64,000 nt of DNA, taken from positions 55,613 through 119,612 of the forward strand of contig NIVC01001703.1 of NCBI GenBank assembly GCA_002269645.1. The letters are read 5' to 3'. Of this stretch, positions 27,082 to 39,794 are shown in pieces (positions within the stretch are counted from its first letter, which is position 1; the number at the start of each line of letters is the position of its first letter). The position numbers and the translations under genes are program-made. This stretch comes from Macrostomum lignano. Its lineage: Eukaryota. The notes beneath the pieces were generated by a model that was given only the letters and a program-made list of their open reading frames with translations, had not been told where the DNA came from and did not search any database.

Positions 27082-27193
27082 TGCGAACGCGTGCCTTGAC
27101 GTGCCCGTCCTCGTACTCCGCAGGCTCTGGCTGGGCTTTCACAAATACAGAGTTGGATTGTACAGTATTTGGGATCCAGTGCTCAATTTCGGG
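27082..27193 (-). CDS. Putative upstream exon of the cGLR gene (...PEPAEYEDGHVKARVR); 5' boundary uncertain
   Basis: GCA|GTAAGG donor at 27081 (phase 1) and a 63-nt intron with CTAAT and TACAG, joining in phase to 27018. GHVKARV resembles the PGYV.L segment of Mab-21 proteins. An in-frame TAA at 27196-27194 limits the exon. Confidence 0.55.
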
Positions 27194-27336
27194 TTATTTA
27201 CCTGAAACTGGCAACAGTCCTATTTTTCGAGTGCTTTGCTCAAAACGCGGGCTTAATATGCAAAGTTTCCTTGCTGAGAGTGCATTAGCATATTCAGGGC
27301 CCCTGTTCGCTCTGATCAGCATTGGCCAACTTCAAA

Positions 27337-27563
<227 letters not shown>

Positions 27564-28119
27564 CCCTCTTAGTATGTCTTGTACACCTGCTAGGTAAATG
27601 TTTTTGAATAAAATCAGTTTTTCTACCGAAAAAGTAATATTACTCAGTAGTCTTCTGCGCACCAACGCGTTCAAATCGAATCAACGTTAGTGAGCTAATT
27701 TTCGTATTCTGCTGCCAAGATGCGTTTAAATTGAAACATGGTGCTTCATCTAAGTACTGATATATGCAAAGGCCACATAACGACTTTAGCGGCATGAAAG
27801 TTCTACCAGCATAATATTGCTAATTCCCATCAGTAGCAGCTGGCCCCAGTGCTCAGATAGCTCAGGCAGATGAGAATTGGGAATAGACCAGGAATGGGGA
27901 GAAAAACTGGATTTGATGGATGAGACAGCAGGATGTGCAGGCGGTGGAAAGGAAACCAGGTAGAGGAAATAAGAAGGTGGGAATGTGCGCTGAATCAATG
28001 AAGTGTGGATTCACACATGGCTCCTGTGCTACTGGAACTCCTTGAGAGGAAATATTGATGCAGAAATATTGGAGAGAAGCTATTTTAGGCAGAGAAGCGA
28101 AGAGATTGCGGGAGCAGGG

Positions 28120-28560
28120 AAGAGGAGGGTGAGATGGAGAGGAGGGAGGGTGAGACGGAGAAAAGAGTGAGACGGAGAGGAAGTGAGACGGAGAGGAGGG
28201 TGAGACGGAGAGGAGAGTGAGACGGAGAGGAGAGTGAGACGGAGAGGAGAGTGAGCGGAGAGGAGGGTGAGACGGAGAGGAGGGAGGGTGAGATGGAGAG
28301 GAGGGTGAGACGGAGAGGAGGGAGGGTGAGATGGAGAGGAGGGTGAGACGGAGAGGAGGGAGGGTGAGACGGAGAGGAGGGTGAGACGGAGAGGAGGGAG
28401 GGTGAGACGGAGAGGAGGGTGAGACGGAGAGGAGGGTGAGACGGAGAGGAGGGTGAGACGGAGAGGAGGGTGAGACGGAGAGGAGGGTGAGACGGAGAGG
28501 AGGGTGAGACGGAGAGGAGAGTGATACGGAGAGGAGGGTGAGACGAAGAAAAGGGTGAGA
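28120..28560. repeat. 17/21-bp purine-rich minisatellite (GGGTGAGACGGAGAGGA[GGGA])n
   Basis: Direct reading. Confidence 0.92.
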
Positions 28561-29589
28561 TGGAACGCAGGGTGGGACAGAGAAGGGGTGATAAATGAGA
28601 TGCATGCAAATAGATATCTCACTCACAACTCTTACCCAAGTATGGACAGGCAGTCACTTTGCCGAGGCCCTCAAATAGAATTAACTAATTAGTGAACCAA
28701 CTATCTGAAGCCTCAAACAGCGAAGCAGATGTCACTGGAGCTTCTTTTAGTCCCTCAATCAACTCTCCTGGGCTGATCCAATCGGGACTAGCTGGAGCTG
28801 TCTGAGTTGTTCCAGAAAGTCCACTCTGCATCTCTCTGTCCATTCAGAAGCCCCTAGCAATGGCTGCGTCTTCCCAGCAACCGGCGACAATTGCATCTCT
28901 GTGAGCTGAAGTCCGGCATGCGGTGCCCTGTCCCAGAGATTATTAATTTGTGGGGGCCTATGCAAGATAATGGGGGACTCGTTGTCTCCTCTGCAGTGTG
29001 TCTGCCTCTTTGCGCGCGCTCATTAATTAATTAGACGCGGCTCCTCTCGTTCGAGAACGGCTCGAAAATTCGATATCGAAGCGAGTCCGCGGTCTGGCTG
29101 CTCTAAGCCGCTGAGTAGCCTCTGAGCCTCTTCATTCTCAACTGAGCTGGGCTTGATGCAGGTGAGGAATGAGTTGCCTAGAGGGGTGCAGCAAATTGGA
29201 AACGGCAACTCTCTCTCTCAGCTACAGGGGCTTCTCTCTTCCCGATCTCCTCTGCTCAGCCTGCAGCTTCCCTCAGCTCCATGCAGCCTCTCTTCTGCAT
29301 CGCCCCCAGCCTCAGCTCCTCCCCTGAATGGCCCGCGGTGCTCCAGTCTTTTTCATCCTGTCTCTCCGTCTCAACTGAACTAACGGAGAGCCTGCATGGG
29401 AGAAGCATAAAATCCCCCCCCCCCCCAACTCAGACAGACAGACAGGCTAGCAGTCCATGCAGCGGAGCTTCTGCCCTCCCCTCTCTACACAATAAATTTA
29501 GGAAGGAAGCAACAGCTGCGGTTGAATACAAGAGTGACACGGGGAGTGAATAGATAGAGTGATCTATAAACGTAAGGCGTGAACAACTC

Positions 29590-29890
29590 AGCGTGACCAG
29601 TTCAATTCAGAGTGACCAGTTCAACGGATAGTGACCAGGTCAACTCAGAGTGATAGGATCAACTCAGAGTGACTAGATAAACTCGAAGTGACCGCAGTTC
29701 AACTCAGAGTGAGTGACGAGATCAATTCAGCGTGACCAGTTCAACTCAGAGTGACCAGTTCAACTCAGAGTGACGAGATCAATTCAGCGTGACCAGTTCA
29801 ACCCAGAGTGACCAGTTCAACCCAGAGTGACCAGTTCAACCCAGAGTGACCAGTTCAACCCAGAGCTAGTGACCAGTTCAACTCAGAGTG
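29590..29890. repeat. ~19-bp minisatellite (GAGTGACCAGTTCAACTCA)n
   Basis: GTGACCAGTTCAAC recurs in tandem. Confidence 0.88.
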
Positions 29891-29944
29891 ATCAGATAAA
29901 CACAGGAGTGCCCAGACTGCCTTCTAGATCCCTCCGTCAGCAAA

Positions 29945-30640
29945 ATGAGCAAATCTCGCCCAAACCGCCGGCCCCGCATTCTGTGCTACGATCAGCGCTA
30001 CTTCTGCCGCATGACACTGTGGCTGGAGCTGATGGTGGGCATCATCATGACCATCCTGGGCCTCTTCATCCTGCTGCTCAGCATGGAGTCGCTCAAAGCG
30101 GGCGACTACGCCGCCGTGTACTTCTGCTCCTCCTTCATCGTGCTGGGCGTGGCCCTGCTGCTGGTGTACTACATCCACTACTACGCGCTGAAGCTCTCCG
30201 TCAAGCGGCAAGTCCAGAAGCTGGACGCCAGCATCAAGTCGGATCAGGACGCGCTGGCGGCGCTGGCCAGGCGGGGCCTGCAGTTCTCCAAGTTCGCGGC
30301 GGTCAGGCAGACGCAGTCAACGAATTCTGCCGACGCCACCGCTGAGGCGGCCGATCCCGAGGACGCCATTGTGGCTGTACACGAGGCCGTTGCGGCGGAG
30401 TCTGGAACAGCAGGAGCTGCATGTGCATCTGCGATGTCGAACGCTGACGTCGCAACATCTCCTTCATCGGCAGTGCAGAGCTGGCATCGTCGCCAAGATT
30501 CTGTCGATAGAGACACCATTGTCAGATTTCCGCAGGCGAGTAAAGCTGCCGCGGGGGCGGCGGAAGACAGCGACGGAATGTCGAATGTCAGCCTGGCAGA
30601 TCTCAGTGCCATCTGGGAGACGCGGCAGACCACTGTTTGA
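29945..30640 (+). CDS. Uncharacterised 231-aa protein with two predicted TM helices, a short coiled segment and an Ala/Ser-rich tail
   Basis: Single ORF with strong GC3 bias in the 5' half. Hydrophobic segments LWLELMVGIIMTILGLFILLL and AVYFCSSFIVLGVALLLVYYI. AAA-ATG context. Confidence 0.75.
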   Translation: MSKSRPNRRPRILCYDQRYFCRMTLWLELMVGIIMTILGLFILLLSMESLKAGDYAAVYFCSSFIVLGVALLLVYYIHYYALKLSVKRQVQKLDASIKSDQDALAALARRGLQFSKFAAVRQTQSTNSADATAEAADPEDAIVAVHEAVAAESGTAGAACASAMSNADVATSPSSAVQSWHRRQDSVDRDTIVRFPQASKAAAGAAEDSDGMSNVSLADLSAIWETRQTTV

Positions 30641-32744
30641 GTGCACAGCTGGGGCTGCTACGTGATGGTTTTAAAAACGCTTTTGTTAGTGCACTTACAT
30701 TGCACTTACCCCAGCAAAAAAGTCAATTAAGTCTAGAGAGTTTTCGTTAAGCAAAAATAATTTCAAATATCAAACGCCATTAAATTATCGCCGTTTAGCA
30801 ATCAAATAATTTTTAATTACACGTAACGATATAACTAAAGCATCATTGTTTGAATTACCGCCAATCTTTACTTCCGGAATTAAGAATGTCGTGCGGATCA
30901 TTTTATTGAGCTGACCTGCCCAGAATGATCAGTTGGCTTGTAAAGTTTTAGCTATAAACGAAAGACACTAAACATGTGTATTCAGGGAATTAAAAAATGT
31001 TAAAACTTATTGTCTACGAGCCTGTAGTCGTAATAAAATTTATATCGCAGGCGAAAGCCTAATTAATATAACTGACTCTTTGAGTTATAACTTGACGCAA
31101 GTTAATCTACGTTATATAAAGAAGCCTTATATGCCACGCGATGTGCATAGCTATGTAATTTGTCCTAGCTGATCCCCGTAATAAGAATTGTTAAAATTCA
31201 AGCCTAGAATTTCTGCCAGTTGGGAAACATTTATAGCTATTCAATATATTACAGATTTTATTGCTCACGAGTTATGGTAAAAAGAAAAGTAACAATTTCA
31301 ATCTTTTTTATTTAAATTTCTTCGTTTCAAATAAATCATAAGTAGTAAATATAATTACGAGTACAGATATACTGTCATAAATATATCAAATATCAAGCTA
31401 AAAAGATTTGTCGTAAGAGCTCAAAATGTTTCTATTTTAAATTTATACCATTTGTAAACAAATGCTTGACTATAAAAACTATTTTAATTTGAAACAGAGT
31501 TATTCCCACGTAACCTGTAATAAATAAAGTATCTAGCACATAATGCGACACGTGTTTAATATCTTAATTTTCTTGTATTCTACCGGATTTGTTTATAATA
31601 GCAAGTTGAAACGTGCTGTTAAAACAAATTGTTCTAATTTAAATTTGAAATCCTGTTAACTAATAGTCCCCAATATAATGTACTGTTTAATACGAAAACG
31701 TCTACCTACGTTCATTGTATGAGTCAAAGCAGGGTAGAAAAAACTTGCTCTCCTAATTCCCCGATAATCTCCAACCCTTATTTAGAGAGTAGCTAGTTTA
31801 TGGCAATGGCAAATATGCAAAATATATTACTTTTATGTGAAAAATACTTGCTGAACTATTGTCTGTCTGCAGAAGATTCATGCAATCAGAAATTTGTTAG
31901 AAATTTTATAATTATTGCTCCTCTCAGGTACAATACATCAAAACGTACAGTGAGTGTCGTATTACATAAATACATGTATGTTGCATACCATGCCACATGT
32001 TTTGCGGGGACTATAGCAATTTCCGCTCAGTATAATAAACGCATGTATATAGATAACCAACCAGTTATAATTGTGTTAATTCTTGTAGAATATTCTCCCC
32101 AAATAGGTCTTTTATTTGCACCTGTCTGCAATCTGCATGGGTATAATCGGTTGGTACAGTCGGAGTAAAATACCTGCATTAACGACCTAGATCTACATGC
32201 GCAGTTTTCCTGAAAAAAATTTAATCTAAAAAAGTTTAGCGATCAGAGTCAAGAAGAGCTGCATGCGCACAGCAGGTCAGCCAGCTTATCTCCGATAAAC
32301 TCAAGCCGAAAACCATGGTCAACTCCAAAGGGCCGCCCCGCTCAATTTGCGACTTAAGTGGAGCAGACATAATCTGAGAAATCCAAGCTTAGCTTCTCTT
32401 GAATTGCTGCATCAGTGCACGGATGAGCACAGTTGGGAATGCCGGGCCTGCAGCATCTCCCCGCCGGGTCCCCCTGGGGCGGCGCGCGGTGAGGATCGAA
32501 ATGTGACCGGGCTGATTGATGACTCGGGTTGCTTAGCAGAGGCTTTAGCGAGAAGCAGCTGTGCGAACCAGTTGGCTGCGATCTCTGCTGAGATTTGTTG
32601 CGAGGTATTGATCGAATTTTTAGATATTGTAGCTTTTGCGAGGTTTGCTACTTTTAGTAGGAGTATCGCATATTCAGTGGTAAATTCACAGATAATGCAT
32701 CCAATTTTCATAGAAATTAAAATGGGTTTCTGTGTCGAATGAGC

Positions 32745-33895
32745 GCAGTGAGTATCAGACAGTGTCAAATGGGTACAGTTAGTATCAGACAGTGTCAAAT
32801 GGGTACAGTTAGTGTCAGACAGTGTCAGATGGGTACAGTTAGTGTCAGACAGTGTCAGATGGGTACAGTTAGTGTCAGACAGTGTCAAATGGGTGCAGCG
32901 AGTGTCAGACAGTGTCAAATGGGTACAGTTAGTGTCAGACAGTGTCAAATGGGTACAGTTAGTGTCAGACAGTGTCAAATGGGTACAGTTAGTGTCAGAC
33001 AGTGTCAGATGGGTACAGTTAGTGTCAGACAGTGTCAAATGGGTGCAGCGAGTGTCAGACAGTGTCAAATGGGTACAGCTAGTGTCAGACAGTGTCAAAT
33101 GGGTACAGTTAGTGTCAGACAGTGTCAAATGGATGCAGCGAGTGTCAGACAGTGTCAGATGGGTGCAGCGAGTGTCAGACAGTGTCAAATGGGTACAGTT
33201 AGTGTCAGACAGTGTCAAATGGGTACAGTTAGTGTCAGACAGTGTCAAATGGATGCAGCGAGTGTCAGACAGTGTCAGATGGGTGCAGCGAGTGTCAGAC
33301 AGTGTCAAATGGGTACAGTTAGTGTCAAACAGTGTCAAATGGGTACAGTTAGTGTCAGACAGTGTCAGATGGGTGCAGCGAGTGTCAGACAGTGTCAAAT
33401 GGGTACAGTTAGTGTCAGACAGTGTCAAATGGTACAGTTAGTGTCAGACAGTGTCAGATGTGTGCAGCGAGTGTCAGACAGTGTCAAATGGGTGCAGCGA
33501 GTGTCAGACAGTGTCAGATGGGTGCAGCGAGTGTCAGACAGTGTCAAATGGGTACAGTTAGTGTCAGACAGTGTCAAATGGGTACAGTTAGTGTCAGACA
33601 GTGTCAGATGGGTACAGTGAGTGTCAGACAGTGTCAAATGGGTACAGTTAGTGTCAGACAGTGTCAAATGGGTACAGTTAGTGTCAGACAGTGTCAAATG
33701 GGTACAGTTAGTGTCAGACAGTGTCAAATGGGTACAGTGAGTGTCAGACAGTGTCAAATGGGTACAGACAGTTAGTGTCAGACAGTGTCAAATGGGTACA
33801 GTTAGTGTCAGACAGTGTCAAATGGGTACAGTGAGTGTCAGACAGTGTCAAATGGGTACAGACAGTTAGTGTCAGACAGTGTCAAATGGGTACAG
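32745..33895. repeat. 30-bp minisatellite (AGTGTCAGACAGTGTCAAATGGGTACAGTT)n, ~38 copies
   Basis: Period 30; one unit at ~33431 lacks a G. Confidence 0.97.
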
Positions 33896-34254
33896 ATTCG
33901 GTCAGAGGATGCGAAATGGGCTCCGAGAGGGTCAGATAGATGAGGGTACAAAGTGGGTATCTAGAATTTCAGCAGGTGCAGTTTCACCAGGCAGGCATAT
34001 GGCAAATTACAGTACTATAAAATAATAATAACACACACAATAATATTATCTAGGAAATGAACAACACTCCGAAAAGCGGAACCCGTGCACCGGAGTTGAA
34101 AACCAGGTCAGCCTTGTCCTCAGCCTGGCATCAGATCTGGGATAAATTATGAAAATTATGAGTCGCAATTATTTTCTATCCAATAATTGATTCTCAAAAA
34201 TTGCTCTCGGCCGGAAGCGAGCCTGTGGGTTCTTTTCTGCAATTTTTGCTATTT

Positions 34255-34645
34255 TAGAGATTTGACAGACTTGGGATAGAACTGGGGAGATTTTTCAGAC
34301 CTGGGGTAGAACTGGGGAGATTTGACAGACTTGGGGTAGAACTGGGAAGATTTTACTGAATTGGGGTAGAACTGGGGAGATTTGACAGACTTGGGGTAGA
34401 ACTGGGGAGATTTGACAGACTTGGGGTAGAACTGGGGAGATTTGACAGACTTGGGGTAGAACTGGGGAGATTTGACAGACTTGGGGTAGAACTGGGGAGA
34501 TTTGACAGACTTGGGGTAGAACTGGGGAGATTTGACAGACTTGGGATAGAACTGGGGAGATTTGACAGAGTTGGGATAGAACTGGGGAGATTTGACAGAC
34601 TTAGGGTAGAACTGGGGAGATTTTACAGACTTGGGGTAGAACTTT
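34255..34645. repeat. 30-bp minisatellite (GAGATTTGACAGACTTGGGGTAGAACTGGG)n, ~13 copies
   Basis: Period 30, highly homogeneous. Confidence 0.96.
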
Positions 34646-35152
34646 AAAGCAAACACAGATGCCATACTAAATACTAATAATTATTTGAGAACAGTGCAAG
34701 CGGGCCTGCTCAAAGGAAATCCTATAATTGGTTTATTCTGCATCGAAGAAAAAATGAAATTGTTTTTTATATAGATAAATGCCTGGCAAACGGCTCCCCG
34801 CTGCAGCTATAAAATCATTACGGTCGTGCGCATATAAGGCCATTAACTTCTTAGCCTATAGTTTCATATTGATATGCACACATGCATAACAGCATCAGCA
34901 CAGCCAGCCCCAGTCACGAGCTGCTCAGTCATGCGATGCCGACGACTCCCTGTAAGATTGCAGAGGCGGAGCTGCCATGCTGCCTATAGGTAGGGCAAAG
35001 TGATGGGGAGAGCAGGGCGGAGGGAGGCTGTAGGGAAGGAAGCACCTCGGACTGGGAAGGGAAGGCGGCTCAGTATTGATAAATCAGATGGGGCAGTTCA
35101 GCAGCCCGGGGGTTCCGCAGTCCTGGGATTCTCACAGCAGCAGCGCCCTGGC

Positions 35153-36069
35153 ATGAACGACCCCGAGTTCACCGAGGCCGTCTGGCACAGCGACATCTCC
35201 CAAGTCCGTCGCTACCTTCAGCTGCTCCGGCAGCCGGCCGAGGACAGCAACGCCGATGACAACGACGGGCTTCTCGGCCGCGACTCGGCCGGCGACTCGC
35301 CGCTGCACCTGTGCGTCAGGGCCAACGCCCAGCCTGAGCTGTTCGGCCTGCTGCTCAGAGCCGGCGGCTGCTGCCCCGCGACCCGGAACCAGGACGGCCA
35401 CTTGGCCGAGGACCTGTTCCCGGACTCGAAGTTCGGGCCTCTCTATCACGAGGAGCTGGACAATTTTACCGCGGACCTGATTTCGGCCGGGAAGCTGGAC
35501 CGCATCGTAGGCTGGATTCGCAAAGGCTGGACGGTGCCGGACCGGCGAGAGGAGGCCTACCGGGCCGCGGTCGCCGAGGGGCTGTCACCGAGGCTGCGCT
35601 GACCACCGCCTTCGAGCGGCTGCAACGCCTACAGGACTCGGTGGACCGGCTGCACGAGCTGCCCTGGCCCGAGTGCGGCGCGGATTCGAACCCGGGCCTG
35701 CTGGCCAGCCTGGACCAGTGCGGCCTGACTCTGCTGCACCGGGCGGCGCTCGAAGGCGACGCTGGCCGCGCTCGCCACCTGCTGGCCCTGCGGCCGCAGC
35801 TGCTGAGAGCGCCGGACTTTCTGGGCCGACCGGCCGCGTTCTACTGCGACTCGGCTGACAACGAGATGGCCGGCTTGCTGTTGCCAGGGGCAACCGAGGA
35901 GGGCGGTGGCGACGTTGACAACCCTCTGGGCTGCGCTGGCGCCACGCCCGACCAGCTGAGGTCGCGGCTGGCGGCGGGCTGCGCCAGGAGGCAGCGGCGC
36001 CTGACATCGTCTGCTGCCACCGGCTGCGATCTGGCCGCTGTCCGGGCTCTGGCCGAGCAGGCACTGTGA
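35153..36069 (+). CDS. Ankyrin-repeat protein with a 1-nt frameshift at a G4 run (35578-35581); may have further exons at either end
   Basis: Ankyrin motifs DSAGDSPLHLCVR, DQCGLTLLHRAALEG and DFLGRPAAFY. Adding one G gives a continuous frame (AVAEG-AVTEAALTTAFERLQ). GC3-rich. Possible acceptor at 35137 and donor GTGAAT at 36066. Confidence 0.75.
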
Positions 36070-36104
36070 ATGGGGAATGTGAATAGGGAAGAGTGAGCGG
36101 GTGT

Positions 36105-36392
36105 CTGTGAGTAGGAGGGATTCGTGAACTAACAAATAAGGGATTGTGAATGGGGATTCGTGAATCAATAAATAAGGGATTGTGAATGGGGATTCGTGAA
36201 TCAATAAATAAGGGATTGTGAATGGGGATTCGTGAATCAATAAATAAGGGATTGTGAATGGGGATTCGTGAATCAATAAATAAGGGATTGTGAATGGAGT
36301 TTCGTGAATCAATAAATAAGGGATTGTGAATGGAGATTCGTGAATCAATAAATAAGGGATTGTGAATGGGGATTCGTGAACTAATAAATAAG
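36105..36392. repeat. 36-bp minisatellite (GTGAATGGGGATTCGTGAATCAATAAATAAGGGATT)n, ~8 copies
   Basis: Period 36 (36146, 36182, ...). Confidence 0.94.
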
Positions 36393-36689
36393 TTATTGTG
36401 AATGGGGAGATCCGCGAAGATGGCTATAACAACACTTACCTATGTCAAGTTAGTCGTTTTGCAGAAATGGCTGCACAACTGCAGCAGAAGCAGCAGACCC
36501 CAGCGGCGCCCTCTGACTGTCATACTTTCAATTTGTCGATTTTTATCAATAAAACCCGCTTCAAGTTCACATTTCACAGCTAAACCTCGTTGCAGACACA
36601 ATGCACTCGAGTCAGTTGTCATTGTCAACTAAGCACCAACTCTTTGCACTTTTGTAGCTGTGCTGCTCACAGCTACAAACTTTTCTAGC

Positions 36690-37730
36690 ACCCTGAAACC
36701 CCATCCATTATCCTTGAAACGCTCCCTGAAACCCCATCGATCATCCCTGAAACCCCCAACCGATCATCCCTGAAACCCCCAACCGATCATCCCTGAAACC
36801 CCATCCATTATCCCTGAAACCCTCCCTGAAACCTCATCCATTATCCCTGAAACCCTCCCTGAAACCCCATCCATCATCCCTGAAACCCTCCCTGAAACCC
36901 CATCCATCATCCCTGAAACCCTCCCTGAAACCCCATCCATCATCCCTGAAACCCCATCCATCATCCCTGAAACCCCATCCATCATCACTGAAACCCCATC
37001 CATTATCCTTGAAACGCTCCCTGAAACCCCATCCATTATCATTGAAACGCTCCCTGAAACCCCATCCATCATCCCTGAAACCCCCAACCGATCATCCGTG
37101 AAACCCCCAACCGATCATCCCTGAAAACCCCCCAACCGATCATCCCTGAAACCCCATCCATCATCCCTGAAACCCCAACCGATCATCCCTGAAACCCCCA
37201 ACCGATCATCCCTGAAACCCCCCAACCGATCATCCCTGAAACCCCATCCATCATCCCTGAAACCCCATCCATCATCCCTGAAACCCTCCCTGAAACCCCA
37301 TCCATCATCCCTGAAACCCCATCGATCATCCCTGAAACCCCCAACCGATCATCCCTGAAACCCCCAACCGATCATCCCTGAAACCCCATCCATTATCCCT
37401 GAAACCCTCCCTGAAACCTCATCCATTATCCCTGAAACCCTCCCTGAAACCCCATCCATCATCCCTGAAACCCTCCCTGAAACCCCATCCAACATCCCTG
37501 AAACCCTCCCTGAAACCCCATCCATCATCCCTGAAACCCCATTCATCATCACTGAAACCCCATCCATTATCCTTGAAACCCCATCCAACATCCCTGAAAC
37601 CCCATCCATCATCACTGAAACCCCATCCATCATCCCTGAAACCCCCAACCGATCATCCCTGAAACCCCCAACCGATCATCCCTGAAACCCCCAACCGATC
37701 ATCCCTGAAACCCCATCTATCATCCCTGAA
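36690..37730. repeat. Compound minisatellite built on CCCTGAAACCCC(ATCCATCAT/CAACCGATCAT/T), ~12-22-bp units
   Basis: Direct reading; several unit variants are interspersed. Confidence 0.94.
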
Positions 37731-38199
37731 AACTACCTGTCTTGGATTCGGTATTCTTGGCATAAACAGTAATAACCAAAACTCGACACATTCATTTTAA
37801 AATACAAAGTTTCAGCAGTTTAATTTATTTATTTAAAATCTTTTAGCATTCGGTCACGTGCAGAACAGCTGATCAATTATTAAAATCAATTATTTAATTC
37901 TCTCTAATGGAGTGGCTCGCAGGTTGTCAAATATTCGAGCAGCTCAAGCGACAGTTGCTTAATAGAAACGAAAGCGACTGCTCGATCGATAAGTGCCTTG
38001 TCTGGGCAGGGACGGCGGTGGGAAATGGCTCCGAATTTGAAATGCGACATTTTTGCTAATTGCAGGGAAGTGTAAAGAGTGCTCTCGAGTGCCGCCTGTA
38101 CTCGATACCGGTGTTCTAACCTTTAACAAGGGCGAGAGGGACGCAATGGGCAATGTATGGATTTAGTTAGGTGTAATGATTTAGTCATATAGGCAAACA

Positions 38200-38520
<321 letters not shown>

Positions 38521-39361
38521 AAGCAGGAATCAAATCAGGCAGGCAGGCACCTGTGAGCAGGGGAGAATTGATTGAGCAGGCGGGCAGCCAAGGCCGAGAG
38601 CCACATGTCGCGAACTCAAGCGCTGCAGGCAACCCTCTCGATTTCGCACGCCCGCCTCAGCTCGCCTGCATTCCCGAAACCTTCTCAGCCTTTTTATTTC
38701 CCTTTTTCTTTCCCCTCGCCACCCCCCCCCCCTGGTCCCTTTAGTCCTTCGGCAGCTCGAATTCCCCGAGGGAAAATGAGAGGCAGATTCTCTGCTGCTG
38801 TTTTGGAGACACGGTGCCCCTGAGGGGGGGCTGCCCGCCCAGCTGCTGCAGAGATGAGGAAGCGATGGGTCAGCAGAACTGCCGGCCTACACGAGCCTCT
38901 CGAGAGTAATTGCGACACCTGCCTCAAAGAGACACCTAGGGGGTGGGGATCTCTCAACCTTAATTAGAAATTGTCCACACGCGAAGCTGAGCTGGAGTTT
39001 GCGAAACAGGAAAAACAGGCTGCCATTGCTGCTGCTGGAGAGGAAAAAATTAAAGAGCTGACAGGACGGGAGATTTCAACACGCGAATCCCTGGGAGAGA
39101 AAGAGGGGAGCTTGGGGACCTTCGCACCCGGATTTGTCAATGAATGATGAATGAGGCAGACTGCGAACTGTCGCTCATCCACTGCTCGGGTTTACCTCTC
39201 CCCGGGTTTGACGAATGAGAGATGAATAAATTTATTTGATTTTCCTGCTTGGCAAGACTGACAGAAGCAGATCGCTTTGATTTATTGTTAAATGCATGTG
39301 AGAGTAGCTGCATCGGGTCGCGGGCTTGCGAAAGATATATGGAGAGAAAAGAGAAGAGGGA

Positions 39362-39378
39362 AGATAGATACATAGATT

Positions 39379-39436
<58 letters not shown>

Positions 39437-39437
39437 C

Positions 39438-39526
<89 letters not shown>
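39362..39526. repeat. (GATA)n microsatellite
   Basis: Direct reading. Confidence 0.96.
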
Positions 39527-39528
<2 letters not shown>

Positions 39529-39794
39529 GCTCATTACTGCAAGCACTCTCTCAGTCATGTCACATTTTCACTTCAGGACTAATTTTCTTCAGTCGTCAGG
39601 ATTTCAAATAGAAAGGGCGGAATATGATGAGCTAGATAATGCTCACGGGCATAATTCCCTGTCACACATCTCTGCTCAGTGCTTTTATCCAGCTAGATTA
39701 GATTATGCGCATGATGGGTCCAGTGCCCAGAAGCGGTATCTAGAAGCGGCCTAGGAAAGCGAAATTCGCTTATATACCTTAGTAAGTACTAGCA

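Noticed and set aside
31800-32168. 122-aa ORF in AT-rich sequence
   Set aside because: Codon usage is unlike the true exons, there is no motif, and it is probably a chance ORF.
32480-32700. Minus-strand peptide ICEFTTE...AEIAANWFAQLL, faintly like an RIIa D/D domain
   Set aside because: It needs a ~25-aa insertion, is on the opposite strand from and 10 kb away from the PKA-R gene, and has no supported exon structure.
32412-33775. 338-aa (LTLSDTNCTH)n and 293-aa (VSVRQCQMGT)n ORFs resembling antifreeze- or mucin-like repeat proteins
   Set aside because: The 30-bp unit is open in several frames on both strands, variation shows no codon-position bias by eye, and there is no signal peptide or clear splice context.
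38969-39155. Plus-strand coiled-coil-like fragment STREAELEFAKQEKQAAIAAAGEEKIKEL
   Set aside because: It is short, with no start codon or convincing donor, and could not be linked to a gene.
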